A DNA stretch of 63,998 bases, filler included, from Asterionella formosa (GCA_002256025.1; 4 parts of 4 records of this genome joined end to end with filler, not necessarily neighbours in it), one strand, 5' to 3'. Counted from the whole stretch's first letter, positions 38,496 to 52,346 are shown. Notes: generated from the sequence alone by a model not told the origin. Program-made: numbers and translations.

Positions 38496-38582
38496 AAGAT
38501 GACGACTTGGAATAGACAATAAAATAAGTATATAGACATCTAACGCTGCTTTGCTATTAAACATCTAAACTGCTGCCGTAAC

Positions 38583-40769
38583 CTAAATTCGTTTAATATC
38601 AAGATTGATTCTATCATGAAGGGCATGTGCCACCTCAACATCACATGCTATCTCCAATGTCTCCCTCTTCATTGGATGAATCTCCATAATGGCATAGGTT
38701 CCACCTGTCGTTCCCTTGCTCAAATGCCCTGGGTTTACCACTACAGTGCTCCCCAAAACTGTGCGAGCAAAACACGACAACTTGGAAGGAACAATCAAAA
38801 GATCTGGCTGGCAAGGCATTTTCCACTGGTCCATTCTCTTTAGGTCAAGATTAGTTCCAGGGGCGGGTGGAAAGAGTGGGTAGTAGCTACGTTGTTGGAG
38901 CAAATGCTGAACAATACGACCAAGGCGAGAACCAGGTTCCAAGTTTCCATTAGTTTCGTCACCATTCATGTGGAACAACACATCCGTTGAAGTAACCCCA
39001 ATTACTAGCTCATTGATCTTGAGTGTACAAGGGTTAGAGACTCGGTGAACTCGAGTTGTGCCTCCTTCCTCTCGACCAACAGTTTCGACATACTGTAGGC
39101 CCAATGTACCAGTCTCAATTCCTTCAGCGTTTGGCAAATCCAATGGTTTTCCCCCTTTTGGAAGTCGATCTGTCAAGGGAGCTTGAGGGTATCTGAAACA
39201 CAACGATGAAAAATATGTAGGTGAATTTTAGAAGAAATGCACACAAGCCTTCAGTAATATACAGTACTTACACCCATTCTGCAACAGCGTCGTCCAAACT
39301 AGGAACCATTACAAACTGAGTCTGCAATCCTTCCTCGTTCTCATAGAGCTCTTCGAGTAAGGCCGCTACTTTGTTTGCAAAAAAGGTTTCATACGTGACT
39401 GGCATTTTTGATCCATCTTCAAGTTCCACTGTTGTGTCCCCAGCCATTACTTGATGGTGTCTCATATCCACAAAGGGGCCGGCCAAAATGGCTACATCAG
39501 GCTTTTCTTCCCGAATTACGTTGAACAAGTCGAAAATTGGCTCATACTCGAGATTGTCAATGGTCGTATATGGCCCACAAGCTGATAAGATTTTTATGGC
39601 AGCACCATCTTGCCTGTCGTGATGAAAGTGCAACAATTCTGCAGCCGGTGATGTTTGAGCCGGAAAAGCAGCTCCTTCACAAATGCGATTGGCCAGCAGT
39701 TTTCGGCCCGAAACGTTTAGACCTTCAATAGCGACAATTTGACCAGGAAAAATGGAAAAAGACGCTTTGGATTCCTTCATCTCCGACAAATCCACATGAA
39801 CTCGCTCACCATGGGAGTAATTGCGCGAACCTTCGAGCAAGACAGAGGTTTGATTAATTCGTCCCGAGTGAGCCTTAGAATTGGATGAAACAATAAGTAA
39901 GGTACGCATAAACGAGAATCCAATTAGTATTCAACCGATCTAATCCACATCCCAGTATGCACATACCTCATTACAGATACGACCAAGGCAACAAACTTTG
40001 TCTTGTCGGGGCACAGCCACGGCTTCCAATTCAGCAATCCCTTCATCCTGTCCTATTGCATAACGATTCACCATTTCTTCTCCCATGGCAACCAAATGCT
40101 CATCCAATACACGTGCTCTTTCTTCGAGCGGTGTAAACATGTGGCGGTATGGCTTTGTGACATTGGTTGGAAAATCAGTGCTGATAGTGCACCGGCTTGA
40201 GTTGGCAAGAGTTGCCGCTGATCTCGCAAGATTCCGAGGATTAAACGAAAGGACAATTTTACCAGCTTCGGTGCGTTCATTGTAAAGCGGAAGATTAATG
40301 GCAGGAGTGCTAGGCATGCTGGGAGACGTGCTTACTCGAGCAATAGCATCGATAGCAGAGAGTTGCGTTTTGACATCGCCAGACTGAAGACGCTTGCTAG
40401 GAGGCGTAACCATCGGTAGCCCATTGCGTTTTGACAATGCTGGACGGGAGACGATCGCCGTATTAGGAATGTCTGAAGCATCCTTAAGAACAGTAGCACG
40501 GAAGGCTTTGAACGTTAAATCATTAAGTTCAAATACACCTTTGTTGAGAGAATGTGATTCCCAAATTTCCGCCAATTGTGAAGCCGAAATATTACAGGTA
40601 GTCGCCAAGCTGACACCTGCAGCAGATATTACTTGAGGAGACAGAATAAGGATGCAAGATTAATGAAGGAAAATGACTTACATTGGCTGAGGATATCACC
40701 TTTCACTCTACTAAGACCAACTTTGGAGAATTCTGAGTTGATGTAGTCTCGAAGCGCAATGTCGGTCAT
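38583..40769 (-). CDS. POLA2: DNA polymerase alpha subunit B, 4 exons
   Basis: Introns 40617-40681, 39874-39966 and 39193-39271 give one frame with GRICNE, SIFPGQIVAIEG.N.SG, ACGPYTT.DNL.YEP, GPFVD, QRSYYPLFP, PDLLIVPS, VNPG.L.KG..GGTYA. Confidence 0.95.
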
Positions 40770-41357
40770 GGTTTTGCAATTCTCAGTCGTCACTAATAGA
40801 GAGCTCCTGCCAGATATAGATTGAACACCAGGGGAGGAGTCCGACAACTTCTGAATCGTCAAATGCTTCGTCCTAAAATGAAACAAGCCAATAGGTCAAG
40901 TTACGAATCGGGGGATGGAAATGCTATTTTTTGCCTCTTTTTTTGATTGAATGTATTCATCGTTGCACTCCCCTTACGTTTGTTGGAAATTAAAATTAAA
41001 TCGTTCCTCGAAGTTATGACTATGTAGTAGGCGCCCACTCGTAAGCGGTCGATGAAATTGGCGCGCCTTGAAACACGCGTTTCGCGCACAAAAAGATACT
41101 GGTACTTTACAACTGTCGTGCAGACCATAACTACCCGGATTTATACATATTATTAGTCGGCCTTGGCATTTTCTTTATGTACTCCATACTACCGGTATAC
41201 AAATGATTATTCGAGTCTATCATTTCTTGCTTCCTGTTCTACCAGAAGACTCTCAGACAGGTACTAAACACATTGTAACACGTTGTTTAGTCATTGTTGA
41301 TTGGAGAGTTTACAATAGCCAATCAGATTAGAAATGAAGAATCATTGAGCCTTGTCT

Positions 41358-42770
41358 GTCGCCATAGTGACTCGAAATCGCGATGTGCCGCAATGGTAGT
41401 ACTCTTCTTTTCGGAGTGGCTACAAACATTCTACAATGAAAACTATATCAAGTACAATATAGGAAAATAATCAAAGTAGCTAGCTATGAGGATCTGTAAA
41501 CGATCGAATTTGTAGATTTGTTTAGAAATAGTGGTTGTTGCATATTTAGCATTCATTGCTCGCATGTTGCCATGGTGACTCGATCGAAATTGAGATGTGC
41601 CACAATGGTATATTCTCCTTTTTGGAGCGGCTACAAACATTCTACAGCGATAACTCTAGCAAGTACCATATAGAAAAAGAAGCAAAGAATGGGAAGCTGT
41701 CAATGATTGAATTTGTAGATTTGTTTAGAAATAGTACCGGTAGTTGTTTCATATTTTAGCATTCATTGCGCGCATGTGCGTCGCTGTGGTGACTCGAAAC
41801 TAAGATGTGCGGCAATGGTAAATTCTCCTTTTCGGAGGAGTGGCTACAAAATTCTACAGAGGTGACTCTAGCAAGTACCATATAGAAAAGGAAGCAAAGG
41901 ACGAGGACGATCGAATTTGTAAATTTGTTTAGAAACAGCTGTTGCATAGTGTTTTAGCATTCATCGCGCGCATGTCGCCATAGTGACTAGAAATTGAGAT
42001 GTGCTGCAATGGTATACATTATCCTTTTCGGAGTGGCTAGTACAAATAGTCAACAGCTAAAACTCTAGCAAGTAAAATATAGAAAAAGAGGAAAAGCATG
42101 ATGAGGATCTTTCAACGATTGATATTGTAAATTATTTAGAAACAGCTGTTTCATATATTTGCATTTATCACATGTTGCCATAGTGACTCGAAATTGAGAT
42201 GTGCCGCAATGGTATTTTCAGTTTCGGAGCGGCTGCAATAGTCTACAACGATAACTCTAGCAAGTGCATCATCTGTGAACGATTGATCTTATAAGCTTGT
42301 TTAGAAATAGATGTTGCATATTTTAGCATTCATCAATGTAGTTAGATGAAATTGAGATGTCCCACAATGACCATATCCTTTTCGGAGTGGCTACAAACAG
42401 TCTACAGCGATAACTCTAGCAAGTACAGTATAGAAAAAGAGGAAAGCAAAGTATGAGGAGCTGTCAACGATCGAATTGTAGATTTGTTTAGAAAGAGTGG
42501 TTGTTGCATATTTTAGCATTCATCGCATGCATGTTGCCGTGGTGACTCGAAATTGAGATGTGCCGCAATGGTATATTCTCCTTTTCGGAGCGGCTACAAA
42601 CAGTCTACAGCGATAACTCTAGTCAGTACAATATAGTTACCCAGCTAGTGACGAAGAGCTGTGGTCGATCGAATTAATGAAGCTCAATAAAATACCTGTT
42701 GCATGTTTTATCATTCATCGCATGTCGCCATAGTTAGTCGAAAATATAGTATGATCTGCCGCCTGCAATG
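41358..42770. repeat. Diverged tandem satellite, ~200-bp unit, about 7 copies
   Basis: The GTGACTCGAAATTGAGATGTGCCGCAATGG core (degenerate in some units) recurs at 41367, 41575, 41789, 41983, 42183, 42341, 42542 and 42733. Confidence 0.93.
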
Positions 42771-43929
42771 AACTTCTCTAAACTATTGGCTATACACCGT
42801 CACAAGTAGTACGATAGGTCAAAAGATGAAGCAAAGGAAGATGAGTAATATTTTTAGTAAGTTTGGTTCCTTATTGATATGCCAATTGACAATGTTCAAA
42901 TCCTCAATATTTAATTTTCATGTTCACTAAACTGGATTGAAGTTCAATTGTATTGCAACATCTTCTTGCATTGACCTTTGAACTACTCATATTTACTCCT
43001 CGTTTCGTTTGCCACCTTGATTCTTTTATCTGTTGTAGCCACTGATTCTTCGTCCAATTTGCTTTCCTTGAACATTTTAAAGTCACTGTGCAACTTTGCG
43101 TAAATCTTCTTATTTGGCACCTTGTATTTCTTCTCTCCCTTTGCTGCAGCCTCCTCGAACTTCTTAGTGTAGCTCTCATCATTCTCACCCCTTCTTTAAT
43201 TTCATCTCCGAGCAGTTCTGGGGGTCAATGTTCTGATCAATAAAAGCCTTACAGGTTTCACTCTTTTCTTCATCCGAAGCTCCACATACATCTTCTTTTC
43301 CATCGCTTGGAAGTACCAATCTGTGGTTCCCTTGACTTGGTCTGGTCTGGGCGAAAGTGAACAATCAAGTTTGAACTCTTAGCACTCTTAGCACTAATAC
43401 TTTTTAAGCTACTGTTGTGGTTCTTCCTGAAATAAATTTTTGGAGTCAATCCACTGATGAAAGATGCCAGAGTTGTCCTTACTGGAAGAGTAATGGGAAC
43501 TGGATCATTACGAACTCTACTAATGGCAGGCACACTGGTGTTGTCCCCTGGAGTAACTTCTATGAAAATGTGCAATATTTACTAGTCATGAGTTTCCATG
43601 TACATCAGTTCAACAATACCACTATCCATTCACTGAAGTGATCTAAATATATGGAATGGGTGTATATTGGTGAAAGCTCTGTTTAGCGATATACATTTAC
43701 GAAGTGTGTGCTTGACTTCTCTGACTTAATATTCCTATTTTAACCCTACCTCTAATTTAGGGTTGAAATGCATCAACATTGAAGGATATATTATGCGTAA
43801 CAACAAGCTGGCCAGGTTGTTTATTAAACGGAAATCAAGAGGATTGACATCTATCAATTTGGAATTGGAATCACTAATGCCGGCATGACGACATAAATTG
43901 CGCTGTGGATTTAGTAAAATGACCGCAAC

Positions 43930-44260
43930 TTGCAGGTAGACTACCGGTATCGCAGTAGACTACCCCTAAGCCCGCTGAATGCCAGGTACCTTTTACTGGT
44001 TCTGGTATTGGTACCAGGTGCAATTCACGGCATGGCTGATTACGATCTTTTTGCTTTGCTATGTATACCGTAGTACCTGGTACTCCGTAAAAGTTACAGG
44101 TAACTGGTACAGTATACAATAACCTGGTACTGGTACCATCACTCAGGTACTGATTCCAGGTACCTGGTACTATCTGGAAGTACCTTGTACCTGGTACCAG
44201 GTACACCACACCTACCATCGTGATAGCTTATGGTAACTGGTACTGGTACCAGGTACCTTG
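43930..44260. repeat. GGTACC/CTGGTACCAG-rich simple-sequence island
   Basis: Dense run of ACCTGGTAC, TGGTACCAGG and GTAACTGGTAC units; similar islands at 35110-35435 and 46540-47055. Confidence 0.8.
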
Positions 44261-47200
44261 TTCTCCTATATGCTGAAGGCAATACACGCCCGAGGTGGTC
44301 TCTTGCCTGCGAGTACACATGTATACGAGAAGGCAAGTAGCCGCCGAGAAGGGTATTGTTGAGGCAATTCCCGCTCTAGCTATCGTCGCCTCATTCGCTT
44401 ACCTACTGCCCACAAATTTAGCATAAATGTCAATTTTAGCCTACTATTGCCCATCATATAAAATATATTTTGAATATTTCCTATCTTCACCTGAAAAATT
44501 GCCAAAGGTCCGATATTGCCCATCATCAAAATATATTTTTTGAATATTTCATGTGTTCGCATTTTGGCAAGACAACAGACGCCAATTGCCCCTTGGTTTT
44601 CCAGTCCTGGGATTGCCGAAATCGGCAAGGGGTCAACTTAAGGAAACCATTTTATATACTATACAGATTTTAATAATTTATATCTAGAATTCACCTCGTT
44701 TTTGTTCGTCTCCTGAAAAGTGGACTCCGGCAATTCACCTTTCACCAAGCAATCGTCGTCTATTATGACCGGTTTGAAGTGAAATCAGTTCCGCGATGAT
44801 GCCAGTAGCGATTCTTTGCCTAATGGATGCGGTTGGTTGTTGGATTGCTTGTCTTCTCGAGGCATTCATGTAGTCGCATCGTCCATATTTCGTCGGATGA
44901 ACAATGATTACGATACATCTGATGTTGGTGGCAAGTTTTTGCTCCGGTCATGTATGTGATGATGCTTAACGGATATTCTACTGGTACCAGGTACCGGCAG
45001 TCATCTAGTCTACATACGTACGTGGTACTAAAAACAACCATGCATGGTTTAAGCTATGCTTTAACGCTTACTTTGAACACGTTATAATATTATCTCTGTA
45101 GACTCAGTATTACTTTTACGAGACCTGAAATTTTAAATTTTATCGTTCACATATTCATTGATTTTACGTACCGTATGCCCGATTTCGTCCTCACAAATAT
45201 AGTTCTCATTGTATCTTGCCTGCCTTTGCTCTATTCGGGCTTGCAATAGGCAGCATTCGTCTTCCTTTGATCCCATCATCTGCTGCTTGTTATGCTAGCT
45301 AGTTGAAGCGGATCGGTGAGTACAACAGTCAAACACTGAATGTGGATTGTAGATCGTATTTATTGGGCCGACGTTCCGATTTGATTGTCTCCGTGCTTTG
45401 TTTTGATCGCTTCCATCGTTGTTTGTCATTACGCACTGTCGTTTTGTTTCGATTATATATATCTACATAAGAACCAATGCATTTATCAACGACTACTCAT
45501 TGAAGATGTGTTATTGTGCTGTTGTTGATTGTATTTGTTGATGTGTATAGTCGTTGACAATGATGTCAATATTGCCACCAAGCAATGCTTTTCTTGTACT
45601 AACGCGCTTTACTACAATTGTACTACGAGTTCGTATCAGAAGCTTCATGAATACTCAGCTAGAGAGAGTCAATAGTGCTGGAGCAGCATAGAGATCACGC
45701 TTGTTGCTCAGAATGGAATGATCAGGGTTGCTTGTTTGGTGGGCAGCGGAGAGGAATGACTGTGGCGGAAATACTGCTACTGGTGTCAGGCTACTACAGC
45801 GATGCGCATGGTTGCAGCAACCAGACCATTTACGCTACATAACGATGCAGGTCTACATTGGGTAGAGCTTTTTTTCTTCTTCTTTCGGTCTTCGATTGTT
45901 TGGTGATGGAAAGTCAATGTTGCCTGTGTAAGTACTACAATGATTCACAATGCATATGTCTCCATTGGAACTCTTATTTTTTATTTCATTTCTAACCCAA
46001 AACAATTTTTTCTATTTCTCATTTGATGCTACTTATTACATCGCATTTCATACTTTGGTTGCTCCAAAATCATGTTCAATTTTCGTTGATGTTGCATGTT
46101 ACAATCATTCTCGTGTGTTTTACGCTTGTTGTACCATCTCCATGCATATTACCGTTATTTTGGTTGTCATGCTAAAATCGGCAATTTTATTGCCGAAAAT
46201 TTCGATGTGCCCAATATTGCCCTTAAATAAAAATTACTTAAGAAATTACTTAGAGCCTAAAAATTACTTAGAAGGTGGGGAATTTTAGGTTAAATTATCT
46301 GCGCCTGAGGGTCATTTTAGGTTATTCCACACCTAATATTCAGGAAATGATTGAGAATATTTTCTCGTCCTACAGACAAATATTGGTACAAGGCTACAGA
46401 CATAGTTATACTTCCTTTTCAGTTCTTGGAATTTTAGGTGCGGGAAAACCTAATAATGACTCGCTGCATTCAATACTTTTGTACAGTGTAAAACGGATGA
46501 CGGATTCTGATGGTTCATACCGTAATTATCTTGAGGTCGGTACATGATGCATTGGATCTACAGGTACCTGGTACTACTTTCTGCCTGATATATACATACC
46601 CAGTACTTCCCTGTTATTGGTAAAATTCAACCCAAGTTGTATTTTTCTGTAGACCCCTGGTATTGTCCTACTCGGGACATGATGGTACCTTGACATTATT
46701 GACGAAATTCTACCAAAGTAGTATTTTTCTGTATTGCTCTGGTAGTGTTCTACTCCGGACAGGTCAATACTGTCCGGTACCCCTCCCTTGCTTGACAATG
46801 GTGAAAATATGGTATAGGGAAAGGCAAAAAATCTACCCAGTAGTACAGGGGTAGAATTTTTTTCACATTTTGGTAGAATATTCTACCAACGGGGCAATGG
46901 AACCCTGCGGTATGCGATGGTATTGTCCAAGAAATTCTACCAGGGGTACCTCGTACTGGAGTAGTGGTACCAGTACCAGGGCACCTGGTAAGGCATGTGT
47001 AGCCGGTGAGTACTTTTGGGTACAACTCTTACCTGTACCTGTGTACCTGGTGCACTGGCTGTGTTATGTTGAGGGATTATACTAATGGTAAAACATCATA
47101 AATTAAAATAACTTGAACATCGGTACAATCAAACATCAGCACGGCAACAAGCAATGTTGACCAGGAGAGTAAATGAACTGATACATTCCCATGCTTGCAA

Positions 47201-48258
47201 AAATGTACTTATTTCTGTGATGTTGTGCAGAGGTTATGGCAAATAACCAATGATAGTACTAAAAGCTGTGAGTTTAGTGTAGAGGAGCCTGGGGAAAAAA
47301 AGGATGATAACAAAACACTTGGCCAGTATTCTTCCATTAACTATTACTGCAAAAAAGGCTTTGTAGCATTTTATGCCACATTTTCTTTTCACTTGGAATG
47401 TAATTTTACCCACAGTGGAAGTCCAACAAGGTATGGCTGTGCCTGTCAATGACCTTGTAATCAAAAAGGCCAAAAAATAGGACAAGTCTGCAGACGAGAC
47501 AAGGGAAACATTACAGGCAAGGCAGCCTCTAGAGTCTCACATTTAGCAAGATTTCAATCATGATGGTCATCCTTTTCTCATTCAAGTATAAAAAATCCAA
47601 TTCATCAATGGTATAAGCTGCCTGTGTGTGTGTTGTGTCTGTCAATTCCATGTGGTCAGCCAAATTGACAATTGCTTCCAACTAACAAGAAAACTACCTG
47701 CAAATATTCGACTCCTTGTCGCTCTGATGGCCAAGCTGCAACGAAAATTCTAAGGATGAGTGGGATGAGCCAAGCCAGGTTCTCATTGTTTGCATCCCTG
47801 TCAAAAGGCAGTTGTTTTCTCCTTTCATTGGCCATTATCTGGAGACGGAGTGTATGGACCAATGCACTAACCCAAAAAACAGTGGGTTTTCCGCTAAGAA
47901 CTGACAATCCAGCAAATGCTAAAGAAAGACTTAGACAATTCTGCAAGATGATGTGCGTGCGTGCAGGAAAATCATGAGTTTTGACAATTGAACAATGGTA
48001 AATTTTCAAAACAGGATCTCTAAGTAAACATTAACACATACAAGTTGAAATGAAAGCTCCTAAGATGATATTGTTTGAATGAGGGTCGCACATATCGTGG
48101 TGGTCATCGCTGGGCAGTGTTCCTGACAAACTTGCTTTTGCTGCAACAAATGCCAACAGCAACCCAAAATGGAAATGTCAGCCATATGCTATCAAGGCGA
48201 TCAATCCTAAACAAGTTCAGAGGTAACAAACAGAGTTGAACGATTAAAACGAGCGAGC

Positions 48259-48358
48259 NNNNNNNNNNNNNNNNNNNNNNNNNNNNNNNNNNNNNNNNNN
48301 NNTTAATTAATTAANNNNNNNNNNNNNNNNNNNNNNNNNNNNNNNNNNNNNNNNNNNN
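48259..48358. other. Artificial contig spacer
   Basis: 100 nt of N around TTAATTAATTAA. Confidence 0.97.
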
Positions 48359-48382
48359 AAGAAATTTACTTAGGTCCATTAT

Positions 48383-48485
48383 AAGGGAAATCTCTTCATT
48401 GTCCTGGGCCCCCCTTAAGTAAAATCAGTCAAATTCAGTCACGGCAGTGTACATTGGGGGGTCCAGGACAATGAAGTATACGGTA
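48383..48485. mobile_element. Terminus of a pogo/Tc2-like element with subterminal inverted repeat
   Basis: Ends GGGGGGTCCAGGACAATGAAGTATACGG-TA; internal CTTCATTGTCCTGGGCCCCCC is inverted against that end. The reverse complement matches 62016-62047. Confidence 0.75.
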
Positions 48486-49235
48486 CACTTATTGTTACCA
48501 AAACATACCAGTTTAAACGCTACCATGCTACGCATGTCTGACTACATTGACCCAGTTTAATGATGACTGCTGGGGGGGGACCAGGGAATCTTGATTCCTC
48601 GAATAAAAACTTAAAAGTCTTTGCATAACGGTATTCCACAGGTATACCGGTAATGATGAAGCAACTGATTCACAGATGCAAACAGGTACTACATCTATAC
48701 CAGGTAAAGGGTAGACTACATGGTGCCGACTCAATACATTATGTTGGTACAGGAAGCAAAAGGAATGAATTGGTGGCTATCTTAGTTTAGTGCTTCCATG
48801 ATAATTGTCAATTATGCAGCCTTTTGATATTGTTTCCTTGTTGTTGACAAGGTCCATGTCAATGCTGATGAACACTTAGTATGAAAATCTGCCTCTGCTT
48901 CTGCACTGACCTAGGTAGTGCAAGGATGACCCCATGATGCTTGACATCACAGTGGGTGGATGACTCATATGATGTAGTGTCCATAATGGACATCCAATAT
49001 ATATATATATACTTGGTTCCATCAGGTACTCCAAATAACATGCTAGCGATGCCTGAGTCATTGAAACTGATATCTATAACGAACAAAAAAATGTGTTGCA
49101 GCTAACAAAATGAATTGAACTCATGCAACAAAACAAGGGCTCTTTCGGAACGGCAATATAGTACACACTACAATAGTTTGATAACTACTAGTGTAATCAG
49201 ATTTGCCAATAGCACACAGTCCAGTGTCCGTGTTG

Positions 49236-51041
49236 CTAAGGGTGCAAGATAGGTGAATAAGGGAAGAACTTTCCGTGAAATCCAGATGGCCTGTAGACCG
49301 ACAAGGGACAAAATTAGTGAAATGATACAGCCCCAAGATGAAAGAATGCTGAAGAATATATTTTCATGTGTTCTTGAATACATTTTATCATGGATACGTA
49401 CATGGCAATCCCGGAGTATGCTCGTCCCAATTCCTTCATAGTCGTAGCATTTAGAATTAGCAAAAACGTTTCTCCTCGTTTGGAATCATAGACTGCATTT
49501 AATAAGACACCATCATCTTCTGCTTGTCCTGTTGGGTCAGGGACAAAGATGGACTCCCCTGGGTAACACCTTTCTTCAAACCATATCTTATTTTGACAAG
49601 TATCGTGGATATCCTTCTTGACAATGGACCAATCGAGGTAGCCTGGTTGCCCACGATAAAATCCAGTGAAGCCATAGCAGTATCGATAGGGTTTGCCGTG
49701 CACCAAAGGTGACACAGTAGCCAATTCCATGCCATATCGTAACCCTGTGTCTTGATCCATCATTTCCAATTTCTCGGGTGTGATGCGACCCCCAATTGGT
49801 TGTGTCATAAGGTCCAATGTCCAACGCCAAACAGTAGCATCCCGTTCTTGATGATTTCGTCCTTGTTCTGTCATCATATTAGCCATATACAAGAAGGCAT
49901 GTGGACCATTAATCATGGAAGCTGTTTCATAGGCCAAAATGTCCAGCACAATAGTTGTATGGTTGGTTGAGTCTTCGTATGCATTGACATGATGATAGGC
50001 AAAAAAGGCGGGTGTTTCAAATGATGCTATGGGTCCAAAAGTAGTCCCATCCAGTGCAAAAACGTGAATGATGGTAGGCCTTGTTGAGTCAAAGACTAGA
50101 GTTTCCATGAAACCCTTCCCAGACAGCAGGGTGAATGGATCCACAGTAAGTGGATACAAACACAGAATCGCGTAATGGTCTGTCACACTAATATCATGAA
50201 CATAGGGGATTTTCCCCGCAGTAGAAATCTTACCAATGGATGTTCTGGTTCCATTGCCATCAGTTCTTACCATGTGGGCATGAATTCCATTGAATCCCAC
50301 CTCCAAAAAGTAATTATAGTTAATGCTAGCATTGTTTGGGTCCCGTTTTCCATGTGCAGTCGAAAACAGGGGGAATCCAGGCATGTTTTTGATTTTGGGC
50401 AACCTCCATCGACCCTTTGTGGTTAAGGTTTTCAAATCAAACTCATTCATTACTGGTGCATCTGTTGTAGTCATGTAACGGGAGGCAATGTATTCGACAT
50501 TAACTGGAGTGTTGTCAAATAACACAGCAGATGTTATTGCTGCATACAGTACCTGACGGAACGAAAACGGAGGATCTGTCGTCCCTGTGGTGAGGGAAGG
50601 CGGAATGTAGTCCTTCTCCAGCATGGCACGTTTCCATTTGGAATCAACAAATTTGCAAGTGAAACGGACGTTGGTTCCTTGCTGAATGTCAAACTTGAGC
50701 AATTTTGCCAATCCATCAAAAATGTGTGTATATTTTCTGTCGGTCGTTGAAAATGCTGCAGGTCCGTTCTTGACATAGCTGCCATGCACGTAGTTAGGAA
50801 TAGTCCCCATCACTTCGAGAGGTCGGTCGGATATTTCTTCCAGTGACTCCAGGGACATCCATTTGCAAAAGGCGTCTTCTTTGGAGATGACTGTGTTGGT
50901 TGGATCCGGAGATCCATGTGTAGGCTGGGAGGTGCCGACCAAACCAAAGCCGGCGCTCACATTGTTGATGGTCATCACCACCATGCTCGCAAAGAAGAAC
51001 AGCGACAATTCAGTACTGATGGTGGCATGCGATGACCTCAT
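49236..51041 (-). CDS. Carotenoid cleavage oxygenase (RPE65/CCD family), 2 exons, probable plastid presequence
   Basis: G.IP..V.GSYVKNGP, HIFDGLA, TAH, YVHD, YHHVNAYE, YPGESIFVP, EDDGVLL. Intron 49291-49401 yields the terminal MPSGFHGKF with the fourth Fe-binding His. Confidence 0.93.
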
Positions 51042-51605
51042 GATGAAAGCAGCGTAAAGACTGGTATTACTATTATAATCAGTCGTAACATAAAATGCAA
51101 AGCAACAATCATGGCCGAGTGATCGAGGAACCACAGCAGAAAATATCGTTTTGTGATGCAGAAGGAGATGATCCTCCTGATTCATGACATGCCGGGATAC
51201 CGGTATGGTGACACTTTCACAGCACACACCGGTTGGTTCCTGGTACCAGGTACAACGTAGACTGATGAATTCTTATTGATTTGCATCAGCCACCATCCTC
51301 GTAAAGTTTGGGGTATGACACCCCTACGGATGGAACGATGGTGTTCGGCTGGGAGTTCTCAAAACGTTTTCCGTTCACTCCGCCATCAATCGAGGTTGTT
51401 GTTCACTTTTCCGTTTACATATACCGGTATAGATATATGTATACATAGAAAAAGGATCAAAGAATTCAGGTCACATTTCCCTCGTTCCATTTGAAGTTTT
51501 TCAATTGTAATTTTAGGTTCGCTATCGCAATTCCTTTCATTATTGCCATCAGGGGCTACTACTCTGGTAGAGGAAGAAGACAAACAGTCAACGATCATTG
51601 TCATC

Positions 51606-52184
51606 ATGGGGACTGATGACCGGCGTGCTTCCAAGAACACAAATCATCATCAGATATCATTTAGAAAACGAACGCCGTCATGGCGAGACGAAGCAAGGAG
51701 CGCTCAAGGCATGATTGATGATGCGTTGCAACACGTAGAAGCGTTGCGACACTCGATTCAATCGATGAAAGCAACTGGAGATGGACCATTGGAACGACCG
51801 ACGCAGCAACCACACGGTGTCAACTTGGCCGCGAATAAAAGGGATGCCCGAAGACATGCCATCTTTCGACAACGAATTCCGGATTTGAAAGCACATCGTG
51901 CCCCGTCGCCACGAAAGGACTTTCGAACCCCAAAGAATCTCCTATTCTCGCCAATTTTCTCAGCTCCTAGAACTCTGAGTCAGGAAAACTTCCCACGAAG
52001 AGTACCGTCAGAACAGTTTGTCCAGGACAGAATTCCAAATCCAGAAATCATTAGCCAATACACTATGGATTTGCATGATTTCTCTCTCAAACTATTGCCT
52101 CCCCACGGACGATTGATCCTTCAGCCCATGATGGCGCTGAGAGGCGATGATTATTGCGCATCTGACATCGAATACTCACTATAA
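51606..52184 (+). CDS. Hypothetical protein
   Basis: Open frame of ~190 aa from MGTDD, GC-richer than the flanks and convergent with the next gene. No family recognised. Confidence 0.55.
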   Translation: MGTDDRRASKNTNHHQISFRKRTPSWRDEARSAQGMIDDALQHVEALRHSIQSMKATGDGPLERPTQQPHGVNLAANKRDARRHAIFRQRIPDLKAHRAPSPRKDFRTPKNLLFSPIFSAPRTLSQENFPRRVPSEQFVQDRIPNPEIISQYTMDLHDFSLKLLPPHGRLILQPMMALRGDDYCASDIEYSL

Positions 52185-52346
52185 TTGGTCGTTGTTCTTG
52201 CTGGAATGGACGAACTTGCCCGTTGCTCTTGGCTGTTCTGCTTATCTGCCAGTGATCGTTTTCAACGACCAACTTGAATTTTCACAAAGACCAATATTAA
52301 TTTTTAATATTTATTAAGCAGGAAGAAATAAGTATTCATCTTCCTT

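Noticed and set aside
41358..42770. CRISPR-like array
   Set aside because: Whole units are homologous with no unique spacers, there are no cas genes, and the context is eukaryotic.
42900..43640. Short minus-strand ORFs after the satellite
   Set aside because: Multiple stops and no recognisable family; at most a decayed remnant.
47195..48258. Possible membrane-protein gene at the contig end
   Set aside because: Fragmentary frames without a consistent splice model or motif.
49314..51227. ORF-track start and end for the carotenoid oxygenase
   Set aside because: The start is a non-ATG extension into the GTAC-rich flank, and the end runs through an intron and lacks the last His motif.
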